Both the position numbers and the translations under genes were made by a program. The notes under the pieces are model-generated. The model did no database searches and was not told where the DNA came from. It saw nothing but the letters and a program-made list of their open reading frames with translations. Source: an uncultured Thermoplasmata archaeon (GTDB lineage: Archaea > Thermoplasmatota > Thermoplasmata > Lutacidiplasmatales > UBA184). From it: a DNA stretch of 64,000 bases. The stretch is taken from the NCBI GenBank assembly GCA_963749205.1, contig CAVVLW010000006.1, positions 129,176 through 193,175 on the forward strand, in the 5' to 3' direction. Below, in pieces: positions 10,560 to 21,014 of the stretch. How positions within the stretch are numbered: position 1 is the stretch's first letter; every line of letters begins with the position of its first letter.

Positions 10560-11355
10560 CTATGGAGCGGGCACCTTCTGGAGGAAGTTCTGGACTGCCA
10601 CCGCAAACGATCCCGGCGCTTCCAACGACGGGAGGTGCCCAGCTGCCGGAATCCCCACCCCTGAACCTTGCGCGATTAACGGGACCATTGATTGGCTCTG
10701 GGTCGGTGGAATCAACTGGTCCTCCTCTCCCCAGATGACCAGTGTCGGGACGTGGATCGTGGACAGGTACTGGGGTCAAATCGGACCGATCGGCGATAGC
10801 CCTCAGAGTACTGCGAATGGTCTGCGTCGGGGTTCCTCGCACCATTCCCCGGACCTGCTCGACGACTGGTCCTCCTCGCTGCCACGTTGCGGGCGCAACA
10901 AGACCGCGCACGGTCTCCTCGACGTCCAGAAACTGACCGGGGGCCCTCAGCCGTCGGATGGTCGCTTGTCGCTTTTCCTTCGCTTCCGGGCTGTCCGCCG
11001 CGGAGCGAGTGTTGGTCAATACCAAACCCCGAAACATTTCCGGATGCATGTGGATCCATTGCAAGGCGACATAGCCCCCGAAGGAATGCCCCACAACGAC
11101 GGCAGGGCTCGTCACGCGCGCCGCGATCGTCCGATGAACGCTCTCGGCGAATCCCTCCAGGCTGTTCGGGACCTGCCAAGATTGGGCTAGGTCGTAACCA
11201 GGCAAGTCCAGGAGAACCACGCGATGTTCCCCCGAGAGACTCTTGAGCTGCGGCAGCCACATCGCGTGGTTCAGCGGGTACCCGTGCAGGAAAACGACCG
11301 TCGTCCCACTGCCTTGATCCACGCCGGGGAGCGGGGCATCGGAGGCGGTCGTCAT
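10560..11355 (-). CDS. Alpha/beta hydrolase; reading frame interrupted near the 3' end
   Basis: VVFLHGYPLNHAMW and the nucleophile elbow VVGHSFGG are present. The true C-terminus is recovered in another frame (IHVPTLVIWGEEDQLIPP...GIPAAGHLPSLEAP, stop at 10560). The frame change is near 10745. Confidence 0.7.
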
Positions 11356-11508
11356 GGCCGTGGAGACGAACGCGCGCCAAGGTCATCCGAGTTTCGCCCT
11401 GGCCAAAGTTGCGAGCCACCCTGCAATCCTCGGGCATCGGTTCGGCAGCTCGACCGTTCCTCGGCCGGGGCGGACGCTTAATGGCCCGTCTCTGACTGGA
11501 CGAGGCTG

Positions 11509-12453
11509 ATGCGGGCGATCGCGGTCGCCAAGATCGGGGACCGACCGAGCCTGATGCACCTCCCCGAGCCGACCCCTGGCGAAGGAGAGGTGCTGGTACA
11601 CCTCGGAGCGGCCGGAGTTAACCCGGTCGATTGGAAGATCGCCGACGGAGGGTTCCTGGGCCAGATGCCACACGTGTTCCCGTTGATCCTCGGGATCGAC
11701 GGGGCCGGCACCGTCGAAGCGGTCGGCCCCGGCGTGAAGCGGCTGGCAGTAAAGGATCACGTGTTCGGCCAGTTCTTCCACCCCCCCGTGGGAATCGGGA
11801 CCTTCGCGGAGCACGTCGCCGCACCGGAAACCCTCGGCATCTCCCTCCGGCCCCGCGGGATGTCCGTCGACCAAGCGGCGGCAGTCCCCACTGCGGGAAT
11901 GACGGCCCTACAGGCGATCGACCTGCTCGGACTCGGCGCGGGCGAGTCGTTGCTCATCCTCGGTGCGGCCGGAGGGGTTGGGTCGTTTGCCGTCCAGCTC
12001 GCCTCGCAGCGAGGCATCACGACGCTCGCGGCCTCCCGCGGACCGAATGACGAGTTTCTGAACGACCTCGGCGCATCGGGCGTCTACCGTTCGTCGGCGA
12101 CCTCGTTCCAGGAGGACGTCCGACGGGGGTATCCCGGCGGGGTCGACGCCCTCCTCGACCTGAGCCGACGGGGGGCAGAGTTTGAGCGGAACCTCTCCCT
12201 GGTCCGCCGGCACGGGACCGTCGCCTCGACCGTCGGAGCTGCGACCGAGGCCGTCCTGAAGCCGCGCGGCCTCACCGCTCTGAACATTGGTCTCGACTCG
12301 AGCTCCGCCCTCCTCGACCGACTCTCGGGAGAATTCACGTCGGGTAGGCTGCGGATCCCTCTCGAGGAGACGGTGCCCCTCGAGGCCGCCCCCGAAGCCC
12401 TGGCAAAGAGCCGGCAAGGACAGGGCCGCGGCAAGACAGTGATACGCATCTAG
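11509..12453 (+). CDS. Zinc-type alcohol dehydrogenase-like / NADPH:quinone oxidoreductase (MDR superfamily)
   Basis: Intact 314-aa ORF with an ATG start. Motifs GEVLVHLGAAGVNPVDWK and the cofactor motif LILGAAGGVGSFAVQLA. Confidence 0.85.
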   Translation: MRAIAVAKIGDRPSLMHLPEPTPGEGEVLVHLGAAGVNPVDWKIADGGFLGQMPHVFPLILGIDGAGTVEAVGPGVKRLAVKDHVFGQFFHPPVGIGTFAEHVAAPETLGISLRPRGMSVDQAAAVPTAGMTALQAIDLLGLGAGESLLILGAAGGVGSFAVQLASQRGITTLAASRGPNDEFLNDLGASGVYRSSATSFQEDVRRGYPGGVDALLDLSRRGAEFERNLSLVRRHGTVASTVGAATEAVLKPRGLTALNIGLDSSSALLDRLSGEFTSGRLRIPLEETVPLEAAPEALAKSRQGQGRGKTVIRI

Positions 12454-12608
12454 ACGTTGTCCGCTCTGAGGTAACCGCCCTGGCTCCCAGCGGCCGAAAC
12501 CTTTGAACGACCTGCTGGATGCAGTCTTCGAGCTCGACGCGAGTCGATGAGCCCCCACCATGATGCACGGTGCCGGGCGGTACCGAGTGTCCGTCGTATT
12601 CGCCGGTG

Positions 12609-13331
12609 CTATCGGCCGGCAGTCTCGGGAATCGCACCTTCGAGCACGCGTGCGATGGAGGGGAGTTCCCCGAGGCGGCACGGCTTCCCGGGCCCGAGGA
12701 GCCCCGTGGCAACACCCTGCTCGCATTGCAGGGTCGAGTCCCTCCAGTGGGAGGCGTTCCCATCGACGCTGAGGACCACGTCGAACACCGTGCGGAGCGG
12801 CGGCGGTGCTCCGGTCCAGAGGACGAACAGGCAGACGCCGGAATCGAGGATCGCGTGGATGATCGGTCCGATGGACTCTCGAGGGTAGATCCCCACGAGG
12901 TGGTGGGCGTTCGAGGCGATTAGAATGGCGGGCTGGTCCCCCATCGCGACCGACGCGATCCGGGCCTGGGTGTGCGCGGGCAATCGAAGAAACTCGGAGA
13001 TCCGGCGAAGGGACTCCGGGACCTCGTCGGAACGGATCATGGTCGCGGCGGCGGCTTCCGCCCGCTGGGCCTCCTGTTCGTCCCGCTCCATCTCCCGGGG
13101 ATGGACGACGTGGAGATGGTCTTCGGGAACCGCGTGGAGCGCGAGGGGGTCGAGGGGGTCGAGCGTTTCCCCGTCCAACCGCACGTCGGTCCAGTAGGCC
13201 CGCGACGAATACGGGGCGAGGAGGGCGAGGGTGACCCACTTCAGTAACGCTCGGTCCGTGCCAAAAATGAAGATGGAGGTCGGCTTGGCGAAATCGCCGG
13301 GGAGGAGATCGTCCTTGGCCGAAGCGCTCAT
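12609..13331 (-). CDS. Hypothetical protein
   Basis: 240-aa ORF with balanced, non-repetitive composition. No family recognised. Confidence 0.45.
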   Translation of the reverse strand: MSASAKDDLLPGDFAKPTSIFIFGTDRALLKWVTLALLAPYSSRAYWTDVRLDGETLDPLDPLALHAVPEDHLHVVHPREMERDEQEAQRAEAAAATMIRSDEVPESLRRISEFLRLPAHTQARIASVAMGDQPAILIASNAHHLVGIYPRESIGPIIHAILDSGVCLFVLWTGAPPPLRTVFDVVLSVDGNASHWRDSTLQCEQGVATGLLGPGKPCRLGELPSIARVLEGAIPETAGR

Positions 13332-13462
13332 CGCCCCGCGTGAGAAATGGGAGCACTAGGATAAGGACCCCCACGCTAGGTCTTCGGGAGCGCCCGTCCG
13401 ACCTGCGGGCGGGGGAAGTGTTCACTCCCGGGGGGACCGCACCGACCGAGAGAGGGGGAGCC

Positions 13463-14032
13463 CTATGCGCCCGTCGAGCGGGAACGGGGGAGCCGGCGGA
13501 GCTCGAGCTGGCCGATCAGGAGTCGCACGTGTTCTTTGGTGATCGCGTCCACGAGCACGAACGTGGCCCCCTCGCCGGGAATTCCGTAGAGGACGGTGGC
13601 GCCGTTGGGAAGCGACTCGACCAGCGCGAGCGACCCGAGGTCCTCCTCCCCGTCGACCTCGATCAGGCCCCCGCCCGCGGCGATGATCTTCCGGACCGCG
13701 CTGCGGAGCTCCTCGGTCAGGAACCCGGGGGGGTTCGTCACCCGGATGCGGCGTCGGGCGGCGAGCGGTTGGAAGAGCTCCCGCGAGACCGGTTCCTGCC
13801 GGCGGGTCTTGTAGTCGACGATCCCCACGAGCGGCAGGTGGTTCAGTTCGATCGCCCGCGCGGTCACTCGGTCGCCGCACGTCGCGAAGACGCCGAGGGA
13901 ACGGATCCGCCGGTCGGCCTCGTCGCCGGAATAGACCGGGCCGTATCGTTCGGCGAGGGTGGGACGGAGCGAGTCGGGAACCGCCCAGGCCCGCTCGTCA
14001 CTTGACGCGGAGCGCGTACCGACCCGCGGCAT
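13463..14032 (-). CDS. GTP-dependent dephospho-CoA kinase (DUF359 family)
   Basis: Family-typical motifs are TCGDRVT, VDYKTRRQ, TNPPGFLT, VDGEEDLGSLALV and VLYGIPGEGA. The ATG start overlaps the spt4 3' end by 35 nt. Confidence 0.75.
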   Translation of the reverse strand: MPRVGTRSASSDERAWAVPDSLRPTLAERYGPVYSGDEADRRIRSLGVFATCGDRVTARAIELNHLPLVGIVDYKTRRQEPVSRELFQPLAARRRIRVTNPPGFLTEELRSAVRKIIAAGGGLIEVDGEEDLGSLALVESLPNGATVLYGIPGEGATFVLVDAITKEHVRLLIGQLELRRLPRSRSTGA

Positions 14033-14183
14033 GGATTCCCATCTTCCGGGCGATCTCGGACTTCTCGGGGTCGATCACGATGAGATAGCCCTGCCACTCC
14101 CGGGAGACCTCGCCGCCGCACCGGGGGCACTTCGCCTGGTCGGTGATCGTGCTGCAGTTCTTGCACGCTTTGAGGTTGATCAT
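13998..14183 (-). CDS. spt4: Transcription elongation factor Spt4 (RpoE'')
   Basis: 61 aa from ATG 14183: MINLKACKNCSTITDQAKCPRCGG (zinc ribbon), then WQGYLIVIDPEKSEIA. There is a 4-nt ATGA overlap with the rpoE' stop. Confidence 0.85.
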   Translation of the reverse strand: MINLKACKNCSTITDQAKCPRCGGEVSREWQGYLIVIDPEKSEIARKMGIHAAGRYALRVK

Positions 14184-14842
14184 GTCGACCCCGCCGCTGC
14201 CGGGGGCTTCGCCGCTGGTTTGGCGGCCGCCGCGGGCTTGGCCGGCAGTCGCTTGCCCGCGGGCGGGCCGCCCTTCTTGCCGGGTTTCTCTTCGGACTTC
14301 TTGTGGACCTCCACGATCCACTCGAGGCGGCCGAGGGCCGGCTGGCGCATCGTGAGGCCGATGCGGCTGTCCCGCGGGGAGATCTCGGAGAGCGAGAGGG
14401 AAACGACCCGCGCACGGACCTTGTAGCCCACCTTGAGGTCCTTCTTCGTCTCCACGCCGACGAGGCGCTGGTTGTGCTCGTCGATGTTGACCCGGTCGTC
14501 CATGATCTGGGAGACGTGGAGCAGGCCGTCGAGCGGACCGAACCGCACGAAGGCGCCGAACTTGCGGATCTCTACGACCGACCCTTCGACCACCTCCTGG
14601 ATCTCGGGTCGGAAGAGCAGGGCCTGGTACTCGACCTCCTGGTAGACGCCGCCGTCACCGTGGATGATGTGGCCCTCGCCGAGCGGCTTCACATCGCGGA
14701 TCGTCACCGCGAGGTTCTGGCCGTCGACGAGCTTCCCTTCGAACTGCTGCTGGGCGAGCTCCGTGAGTACGTTCGCGAGCTCGGGTCCGAGCCGCTCGGG
14801 CGGGATGCGAACGACGTCCCGTCGATGATCGAGATAGTACAT
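14180..14842 (-). CDS. rpoE: DNA-directed RNA polymerase subunit E' (Rpo7)
   Basis: Intact 220-aa ORF. The N-terminal Rpo7 fold is followed by an S1 domain (GSVVEIRKFGAFVRFGPLDGLLHVSQI) and an Ala/Pro/Lys-rich tail. Confidence 0.9.
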   Translation of the reverse strand: MYYLDHRRDVVRIPPERLGPELANVLTELAQQQFEGKLVDGQNLAVTIRDVKPLGEGHIIHGDGGVYQEVEYQALLFRPEIQEVVEGSVVEIRKFGAFVRFGPLDGLLHVSQIMDDRVNIDEHNQRLVGVETKKDLKVGYKVRARVVSLSLSEISPRDSRIGLTMRQPALGRLEWIVEVHKKSEEKPGKKGGPPAGKRLPAKPAAAAKPAAKPPAAAGST

Positions 14843-14923
14843 GCGCCGCGCGCGAGCGGGGCGACCTATAAGATTCTTGGGGTGCGGGAGGCTTTGGAGC
14901 TGTCTCGATCGGTCGGACCAAGG

Positions 14924-15463
14924 TCAGCACCCGACCGGCGGGGGAGATTGGTCGCACGGCTGCCCGTTCGCGGCGACGCCGATCTCTGCCGTGACGTTCA
15001 ACGCGATGGGGACCTTTCCGCCCAGGTTGTACCAGACGACGTCGTAAATTCCCGACTGAACCCCCCAGCCGGTGGGAATGCTCTGCCAACCACCTATCCA
15101 TGGGTCGCCGTACATTCCGAACCCATCGCAATTTCTTGGCGGGGAAGTCTTGTTCCACCCGTCGAAGAAACTTTGAGACACCAGGCAGAAGTCCGTGCCA
15201 TTTGTCTCCCACCATGCTCCCGCAGGAGCCCACTCCGAGTCATTCCGGAGGTTGAACGGACCAACCGCGAGATACCCGGGTGCCTCAACGGTCAGTCGAG
15301 TCCCATTCGCAACCAAAACGACGACAAGCGGTGGTGGCCCCTGAGCAGTCGGGGTCGATTTGGTTTCGAAGAATCCCAGGGACCAAGCCCCCGCGAGAAT
15401 CGCCACGACAACAATCACCGCGACGACCGCACCAACCCAAACCCGGGGGCCGGACGAACCCAT
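14924..15463 (-). CDS. Hypothetical membrane-anchored or secreted protein with N-glycosylation sequons
   Basis: N-terminal hydrophobic helix VWVGAVVAVIVVVAILAGAW. Sequons NGT, NDS, NGT, NKT and NVT are present, along with several Cys. No family recognised. Confidence 0.5.
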   Translation of the reverse strand: MGSSGPRVWVGAVVAVIVVVAILAGAWSLGFFETKSTPTAQGPPPLVVVLVANGTRLTVEAPGYLAVGPFNLRNDSEWAPAGAWWETNGTDFCLVSQSFFDGWNKTSPPRNCDGFGMYGDPWIGGWQSIPTGWGVQSGIYDVVWYNLGGKVPIALNVTAEIGVAANGQPCDQSPPPVGC

Positions 15464-15647
15464 ATTGCGCTCAACTCCTGCCTACGACCAACGTACGCGG
15501 CACGAACGATTAACACTTGCCGGAGTGACAGGCACTGGATGTGTGCCAGAGCAAATGGATTCTTTGCCACGTTCAGAGTATTGTTCCAAAGCCGGTGCGG
15601 GAGGCTCGGATTCAGAACGCCCCTCGGTTCGAGGGCAACACGAGAGG

Positions 15648-16671
15648 CTAGGTGTGGGACAGGCCGAGGGTTCGGTCCGTGATCGCGATCGAGGCCGGAC
15701 CGTCGGCGGCCAGGTCGAACATCGCGCGGATCGCGTCCACGTTCTCGGGCACGACGACCGATTCCTGGTGGATCGCCTGGAAGAAGTAGGCATCCCGCCC
15801 GTCGAGGCTCACGCCGTCCTCCCAAAGGACGTTCTCCATCACGTCGTTCAGACCGATCCCCCGGTTGCGCCCGAACTCCATCACCTGGGGGGTGCCGTCC
15901 ACGTGCTCCCAGGGAGCGAAGACGCGGAAGCGCGGGGTAGTCCGGAACGCGGCCACGACCTCGGCGGTGCCCTGCGGAGCGGAGCGGAACCGGACGTGGT
16001 TGACGTGGACATGCATCAGGGTCGTCGGGACCACGACCGCGACAGTCGCGATCGACAGCTCGGGGAAGATCGTTTTCACGTCGGGGCCGTGGTGCGAGGG
16101 GATGTGGAGCGAGGGTACGATGCCGTTCAACGGACCCTTCTTCGACTCCCCCGGGTCCGCGGCGCGCCGAACGAGCGTGACATCCCAGCGCTCCACTCCC
16201 CAGCGCGGAAGGACCACGGACGCCGCCCGGGCGATCCCCGTCGTGTTGCACGAGACGACCCGGACGCGGCGTCGCCCCCGAGCGCGCGTCGTAGTTCCCG
16301 AGCGCGTTGAACGACACCTCGGCGACCTCGGCCTTCTCTCCACCCTGGAAGATCGCTCGGACCTTGGCGGCGTCGTAGAGCCTCCGGTTCTCGGCTCCGA
16401 CCTTCTCGGGGGTCGCGTCGACCACGACGTCGGCGCGGGAGAGGAGGTCGTGGACCGTGCCGGCGACCTTCAGTCCGGCCGCGTCGAACTCGGAGCGCTC
16501 GCCGTCCCCGGCGATGTAGAGGGGGTACCCTTTCGCGATCGCCCGCTCCGCCTCGAAGCTGGGTCGGGTCTTGGCGACCCCGACCAGCTCCATGTCCGGC
16601 TGTTTTGCGACCGCGTCCGCGACGCGCTTACCGATCGTACCGTAGCCGTTCACCGCGACGCGGACCCGCAA
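15648..16671 (-). CDS. gap: Glyceraldehyde-3-phosphate dehydrogenase, archaeal type II; one frame change
   Basis: VAVNGYGTIGKRVADAV is in the 15415..16746 frame. The catalytic VVSCNTTG and the remainder are in the 15648..16343 frame. The frame change is near 16280. A probable TTG start at 16671 lies after ggaggg. Confidence 0.8.
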
Positions 16672-16786
16672 GGAAAGTGACCCTCCCGGGCGTCGAGCGA
16701 GGACCGGGATAAAGGCGTTCCCCGGGGCGGCTCTCGTGCGGTCCACTAGGCTTTATTCCCGGGCGCGCGTCGCCGCTCGATCCCCG

Positions 16787-17977
16787 ATGGAGTTTCGGCT
16801 CAGCGACGAGGAGGAGGCGTTCCAGACCGCGGTGCGTCGGTTCGGCGACCGGGTGCTCCGGACGCACGAGCGACAGATCGACGCGGAGGGTCGGATCCCG
16901 GACGACGTTCTTCGGCCGATGGCGGAGCTCGGGCTCCTCGCAATGCCCGTCGCGACCGAGTACGGCGGGATGGGGGCCTCCGCGGGTACTGACCGAGCTC
17001 GCGGCGGAGGAGGTCGGTCGGGGCGACTTCTCCATGGCGACCGCCGTGTTCTTCCTGCTCGAGGCCGGTTGGGGTGCATCCTGAGCCGGCACGGAACCGA
17101 GGAGGCCAAGCGCGAGCTGCTCCCCCCGGTCTGCCGGGGAGAGGCGTTCCTCGGGATCGCGACGACCGAGCCGACCGGGGGCAGCGATCTCGCGAACCTG
17201 CGGACCACGTCCCGTCGGGACGGCGAGGCGTTCATCCTCCACGGTGAGAAGGCGTTCGTCTCGGGGGTCGAGGAGGCGAAGCGGCTCGGGGGCGGCCACC
17301 TCACCCTATCGAAGTCCGCGACGGGTGGCTTCAACTTCCTCTACGTCCCGACGCGCTTGAGCGGGGTCGCGACCCAGAAGTTCGAGAACCTGGGCCGGAT
17401 GGGCATCTCCACCGGAGGGCTAACCTACCCGGACGTGCGCGTCCCCGCCCGGTACCTCATCGGGGAGGAGGGGAAGGGGTTCGAGTGCGCCATGGAGGGG
17501 TTCACCGTGGCCCGCACGTTCGTGGCCGCGGCGTGCATCGGCGCCGCGGAGCGTGCGCTCGAGACCGGGATGGCGTACATCCGGGAACGCCACGCGTTCG
17601 GCCAGCCCCTCGGGAAGTTCGAGGGGATCCAGTTCGAGCTCGTCGACCTGTGGACCCAGGTGGAGGCCGTCAAGTGGCAGTGCCGGCGCGCCGCGTGGCT
17701 CCTCGACACCTATACGTTGAAGGGGGACTCCTCGCATCGGTCCGAGGTCGACCGCGCGGTCGCGAGCGTAAAGCTCACCGCTCCGCCGATCGCCTTCGAG
17801 TGCGTGAAGCGGGTGATGATGTGGTTCGGGGCGGCGGGCTACACGAAGGACGTCGGCCTCGAGCTCGGGTTCCGCGGGATCATGTCGTACCTCGTCGGCG
17901 CGGAGGGGGGGCTCAACATCATGCGGATCATCCTCGGCCGGGAGCTCCTCGGGAAAGAGTTCCTCCCCTACAAGTGA
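16787..17977 (+). CDS. Acyl-CoA dehydrogenase; two compensating frame changes
   Basis: ATG 16787 gives MEFRLSDEEEAFQ. The ACAD core includes GIATTEPTGGSDL and GFTVARTFVAAACIGAAE. Between about 16985 and 17080 the conserved reading (VLTELAAEEVGRGDFSMATAVFFLLEAGWGA) lies in a different frame. Confidence 0.8.
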   Translation: MEFRLSDEEEAFQTAVRRFGDRVLRTHERQIDAEGRIPDDVLRPMAELGLLAMPVATEYGGMGASAGTDRARGGGGRSGRLLHGDRRVLPARGRLGCILSRHGTEEAKRELLPPVCRGEAFLGIATTEPTGGSDLANLRTTSRRDGEAFILHGEKAFVSGVEEAKRLGGGHLTLSKSATGGFNFLYVPTRLSGVATQKFENLGRMGISTGGLTYPDVRVPARYLIGEEGKGFECAMEGFTVARTFVAAACIGAAERALETGMAYIRERHAFGQPLGKFEGIQFELVDLWTQVEAVKWQCRRAAWLLDTYTLKGDSSHRSEVDRAVASVKLTAPPIAFECVKRVMMWFGAAGYTKDVGLELGFRGIMSYLVGAEGGLNIMRIILGRELLGKEFLPYK

Positions 17978-17984
17978 GGGGCGA

Positions 17985-18989
17985 ATGACCGGCCGGGCCC
18001 GACGCCCTCCCCGGGTCGTGCGGGAGCGGGAGTTCCACGATCGGCTCGCGCGTACTCTGCCCGCCGGTCACTCCGGACTGCTTCCCCTCGGCGATGACGC
18101 GACGGCGCTCCGACCGCCCCCCGGCCGCGTGGCGGTCATCTCTACCGACACGCTGGTGGAAGGGACCCACTTCCTTCCGTCCTCGCCTCCCGAACGCATC
18201 GGGGCGGCGGCCACGGGCGTCAGTCTCTCCGACGTCGCCGCGAAGGGCGCGACCCCCGACGCGATCCTCCTCGCCCTGGTGCTCCCCGTGGGGACCCCCG
18301 CAGCGTGGGCGGAGGCCGTCGTCCGGGGCGCGGAGCGGTTCGGAGCTCGATTCGGCGCCCACGTCGTCGGCGGCGACACCAAACCGGGCCCGGTCCGCGC
18401 GGTCGTCAGCACGGTGCTGGGGTGGGGACGCGCCGCCCACCTCGCCCCGCGCACGGGCGCCCGTCCGGGCGACGTGCTGGCCACGACCGGCGACGTCGGG
18501 CGAGGGGGACTTGCCGCCGCTCGTCTGGCGGCCGGCGGTGCGCGGGGTCGGCGCGCCGTCGTCGACCTGCTCGACATCCGGCCCCGCGTCCGGGAAGGGA
18601 TTGCGCTCGCCCCGTTCGCCCACGCCCTCATCGACACATCGGACGGGCTCGCGGAGGCGGCCCGTCTCCTCTCGGGGGCGAGCCGCGCGCGACTCATCGT
18701 GGTCGAGGACCGTCTTCCGATCGCCCGGGGCGTCGGGACCGTCGCACCGACCCTCGCCCGACGACGCGAGGTGATCTTCTACGGTGGGGACTACGAACTG
18801 CTGGCGGCGATCCCTCGGGCCGGATGGGCGCGGGCGAGGGCGGCCGTGCGAAAGTCCGGAGGACGGCTCACCGAGGTCGGTCGTGTGGAGCGCGGAGCCG
18901 GGGCCTGGCTCGAGACGGGAGACCACCAGGTTCCGATGCCCGAGGCGGGCTGGCGCACCTTCGGCGCGGACGATCCGTCGGCCGCGTAA
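17985..18989 (+). CDS. thiL: Thiamine-monophosphate kinase
   Basis: Intact 334-aa ORF of the AIR-synthase-related fold (LGDDATAL, STDTLVEGTHF, GVSLSDVAAKGA, VVGGDT, IDTSDGL). Confidence 0.8.
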   Translation: MTGRARRPPRVVREREFHDRLARTLPAGHSGLLPLGDDATALRPPPGRVAVISTDTLVEGTHFLPSSPPERIGAAATGVSLSDVAAKGATPDAILLALVLPVGTPAAWAEAVVRGAERFGARFGAHVVGGDTKPGPVRAVVSTVLGWGRAAHLAPRTGARPGDVLATTGDVGRGGLAAARLAAGGARGRRAVVDLLDIRPRVREGIALAPFAHALIDTSDGLAEAARLLSGASRARLIVVEDRLPIARGVGTVAPTLARRREVIFYGGDYELLAAIPRAGWARARAAVRKSGGRLTEVGRVERGAGAWLETGDHQVPMPEAGWRTFGADDPSAA

Positions 18990-19102
18990 GGTCCCCTCGC
19001 GGTTCGTCCGTTGTCGATACCCGTGTCTCACCGTGGCAGGGTTCTCGCTACCCTCAAGTACCAGTTCCCGGGTCTCCGCGGTACCCGCAAGGGGACGAGA
19101 AC

Positions 19103-20362
19103 ATGGCGAACACCTCCACCATCAATCCGTTCGAGACAGCGAAGCAACAGGTCGACATCGTCGCGGACCTGATCGGGATCGATTCGGGCGTCCGCGAGGT
19201 GCTGAAACACCCGAAGCGGGAGCTGACGGTCAACTTCCCCGTCCGGATGGACGACGGCTCGCTCCGCGTCTACACCGGGTACCGTGTCCAGTACAACATG
19301 GCGCGGGGCCCGTGCAAGGGCGGTATCCGCTACCACCCTCAGGTGACGCTGGACGAGGTCCGCGCGCTCGCGGCCTGGATGACGTGGAAGTGCGCGGTCG
19401 TCAACATCCCCTATGGGGGAGCGAAGGGCGGCGTGGTCTGCGACCCGAAGCACATGTCCCGGAACGAGCTCGAAGGGCTCACCCGCCGGTACGCGAGCGA
19501 GATCGCCATGATCATTGGACCCGAGATCGACATTCCCGCGCCCGACGTCTACACCGACAGCCAGACGATGGCGTGGATCATGGACACCTACTCGATGCTG
19601 AAGGGGTACTCCGTCCCGGGCGTCGTGACGGGGAAGCCGATCAGCCTGGGCGGCAGCGAGGGCCGCGGCGAAGCGACCGGCCGCGGGTGTGCCTACGTCA
19701 TCCGTGAGGCGGCGAAGGACCTCGGCCTCAAGGTGAAGGGCGCGACCGTCGCGATCCAGGGATTCGGCAACGCGGGGAGCGTCGCCGGCAACATCCTCTA
19801 CGACGAGCAGGGCGCGAAGATCGTCGCCGTCTCGGATTCGAAGGGTGGCATCTGGAAGGCCGACGGGTTCAACCCCCACGCGGTCGAGGAGCACAAGCAG
19901 AAGACCGGCTCGGTCGTGGGGTTCCCCGGCGCGAAGTCGATCTCGAACGAGGAGGTCCTCGAGGCGAAGGCCGACATCCTGGTCCCGGCCGCGCTCGAGA
20001 ACCAGATCACCAAGAAGAACGCGGACAAGATCCAGGCGAAGATCGTCGCCGAGGCTGCGAACGGCCCGACCCTCCCCGAGGCCGACACGATCCTGTACCA
20101 GAAGAAGATCGCGGTCCTCCCCGACGTGCTCGCGAACGCGGGCGGCGTCACGGTGAGCTACTTCGAGTGGGCGCAGGACATCCAGGGGTACTACTGGGCC
20201 CTCGACGAGGTCAATTCCCGCCTCGAACGGGTCATGGTACGGTCGTACAACGACGTCCACAAGGTCGCGACCGAGCGCAAGGTCCACAACCGGACCGCGG
20301 CGTACGTCCTCGCGATCCAGCGGGTCGTTGACGCGATCAAGATCCGCGGGATCTACCCGTAG
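19103..20362 (+). CDS. gdhA: Glutamate dehydrogenase
   Basis: 419 aa from ATG 19103. Motifs PCKGGIRYHP, PYGGAKGG, GFGNAGS and NAGGVTVSYFEW. The upstream part of ORF 18305..20362 is R/G/P-rich read-through over thiL. Confidence 0.95.
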   Translation: MANTSTINPFETAKQQVDIVADLIGIDSGVREVLKHPKRELTVNFPVRMDDGSLRVYTGYRVQYNMARGPCKGGIRYHPQVTLDEVRALAAWMTWKCAVVNIPYGGAKGGVVCDPKHMSRNELEGLTRRYASEIAMIIGPEIDIPAPDVYTDSQTMAWIMDTYSMLKGYSVPGVVTGKPISLGGSEGRGEATGRGCAYVIREAAKDLGLKVKGATVAIQGFGNAGSVAGNILYDEQGAKIVAVSDSKGGIWKADGFNPHAVEEHKQKTGSVVGFPGAKSISNEEVLEAKADILVPAALENQITKKNADKIQAKIVAEAANGPTLPEADTILYQKKIAVLPDVLANAGGVTVSYFEWAQDIQGYYWALDEVNSRLERVMVRSYNDVHKVATERKVHNRTAAYVLAIQRVVDAIKIRGIYP

Positions 20363-20385
20363 GTCCTCTTCCGTCGTCCCGCGCG

Positions 20386-21001
20386 ATGGCCGACCTTCCC
20401 CGGTGCCGGCATCGCGACGTGGGCCGACGTCGACGGATGGGCCGATACGCTCGCCGCACGGGTCCGTGAGCGGTCGGCGGTCCCGGTCACGATCGTCGGG
20501 CTCACGCGCGGCGGATGGGTCCCCGCGCGGCTCCTCGCGGACCGGCTCGGCGTGAAACGGTTGGTCTCGCTCCGCGCGCAGCACTGGGGTGTGACCGCCA
20601 CGCCGACCGGAGCGGCCGAGGTCACCGAGGGGCTGAGCGGGCCGGTCGCGGGCCAGAGAGTCCTCGTCGTCGACGACATCACCGACACGGGGGAGAGCAT
20701 GGCCCTCGCGGTCGCCCACGTGCGCGCCGAGGGACCGAGCCGAGTGGAGAGCGCGGTGTTCCTGCACATCACCCGCGCGACGTTCGAGCCGACGTACTAT
20801 GCCGAGGAGATCCCGCGCGACGCTTGGGTCTGGGTCGTGTTTCCGTGGAACTACTGGGAGGACCTGATCGCCCTCGCGCTCCGCGCGGTCGAGCTCGGCC
20901 CGGGGATCGAACGGGTACAGGCGACGTTGAAGGAACGGTGCGGTCTTGACGTCCCCCGGTCGGACCTCGAGCGGGTCGGCCGGTACGTCTCGTTCGGGTA
21001 G
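20386..21001 (+). CDS. Purine phosphoribosyltransferase (Gpt/Hpt-like); one frame change
   Basis: ATG 20386 (MADLP) is followed by a 1-nt frame change in c-run 20398-20401 into the frame of ORF 20552..21001. The PRPP motif is RVLVVDDITDTGESM. Confidence 0.65.
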
Positions 21002-21014
21002 GACCCGCCGCGGC

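Noticed and set aside
18305-19102. 266-codon N-terminal extension of the gdhA ORF.
   Set aside because: It is R/G/P-rich read-through that overlaps thiL in another frame. The conserved GDH sequence begins at ATG 19103.
19028-20767. 579-aa minus-strand ORF.
   Set aside because: It is entirely antisense to the strongly conserved gdhA and the phosphoribosyltransferase gene. The composition is dominated by R, D, G, P and V repeats.
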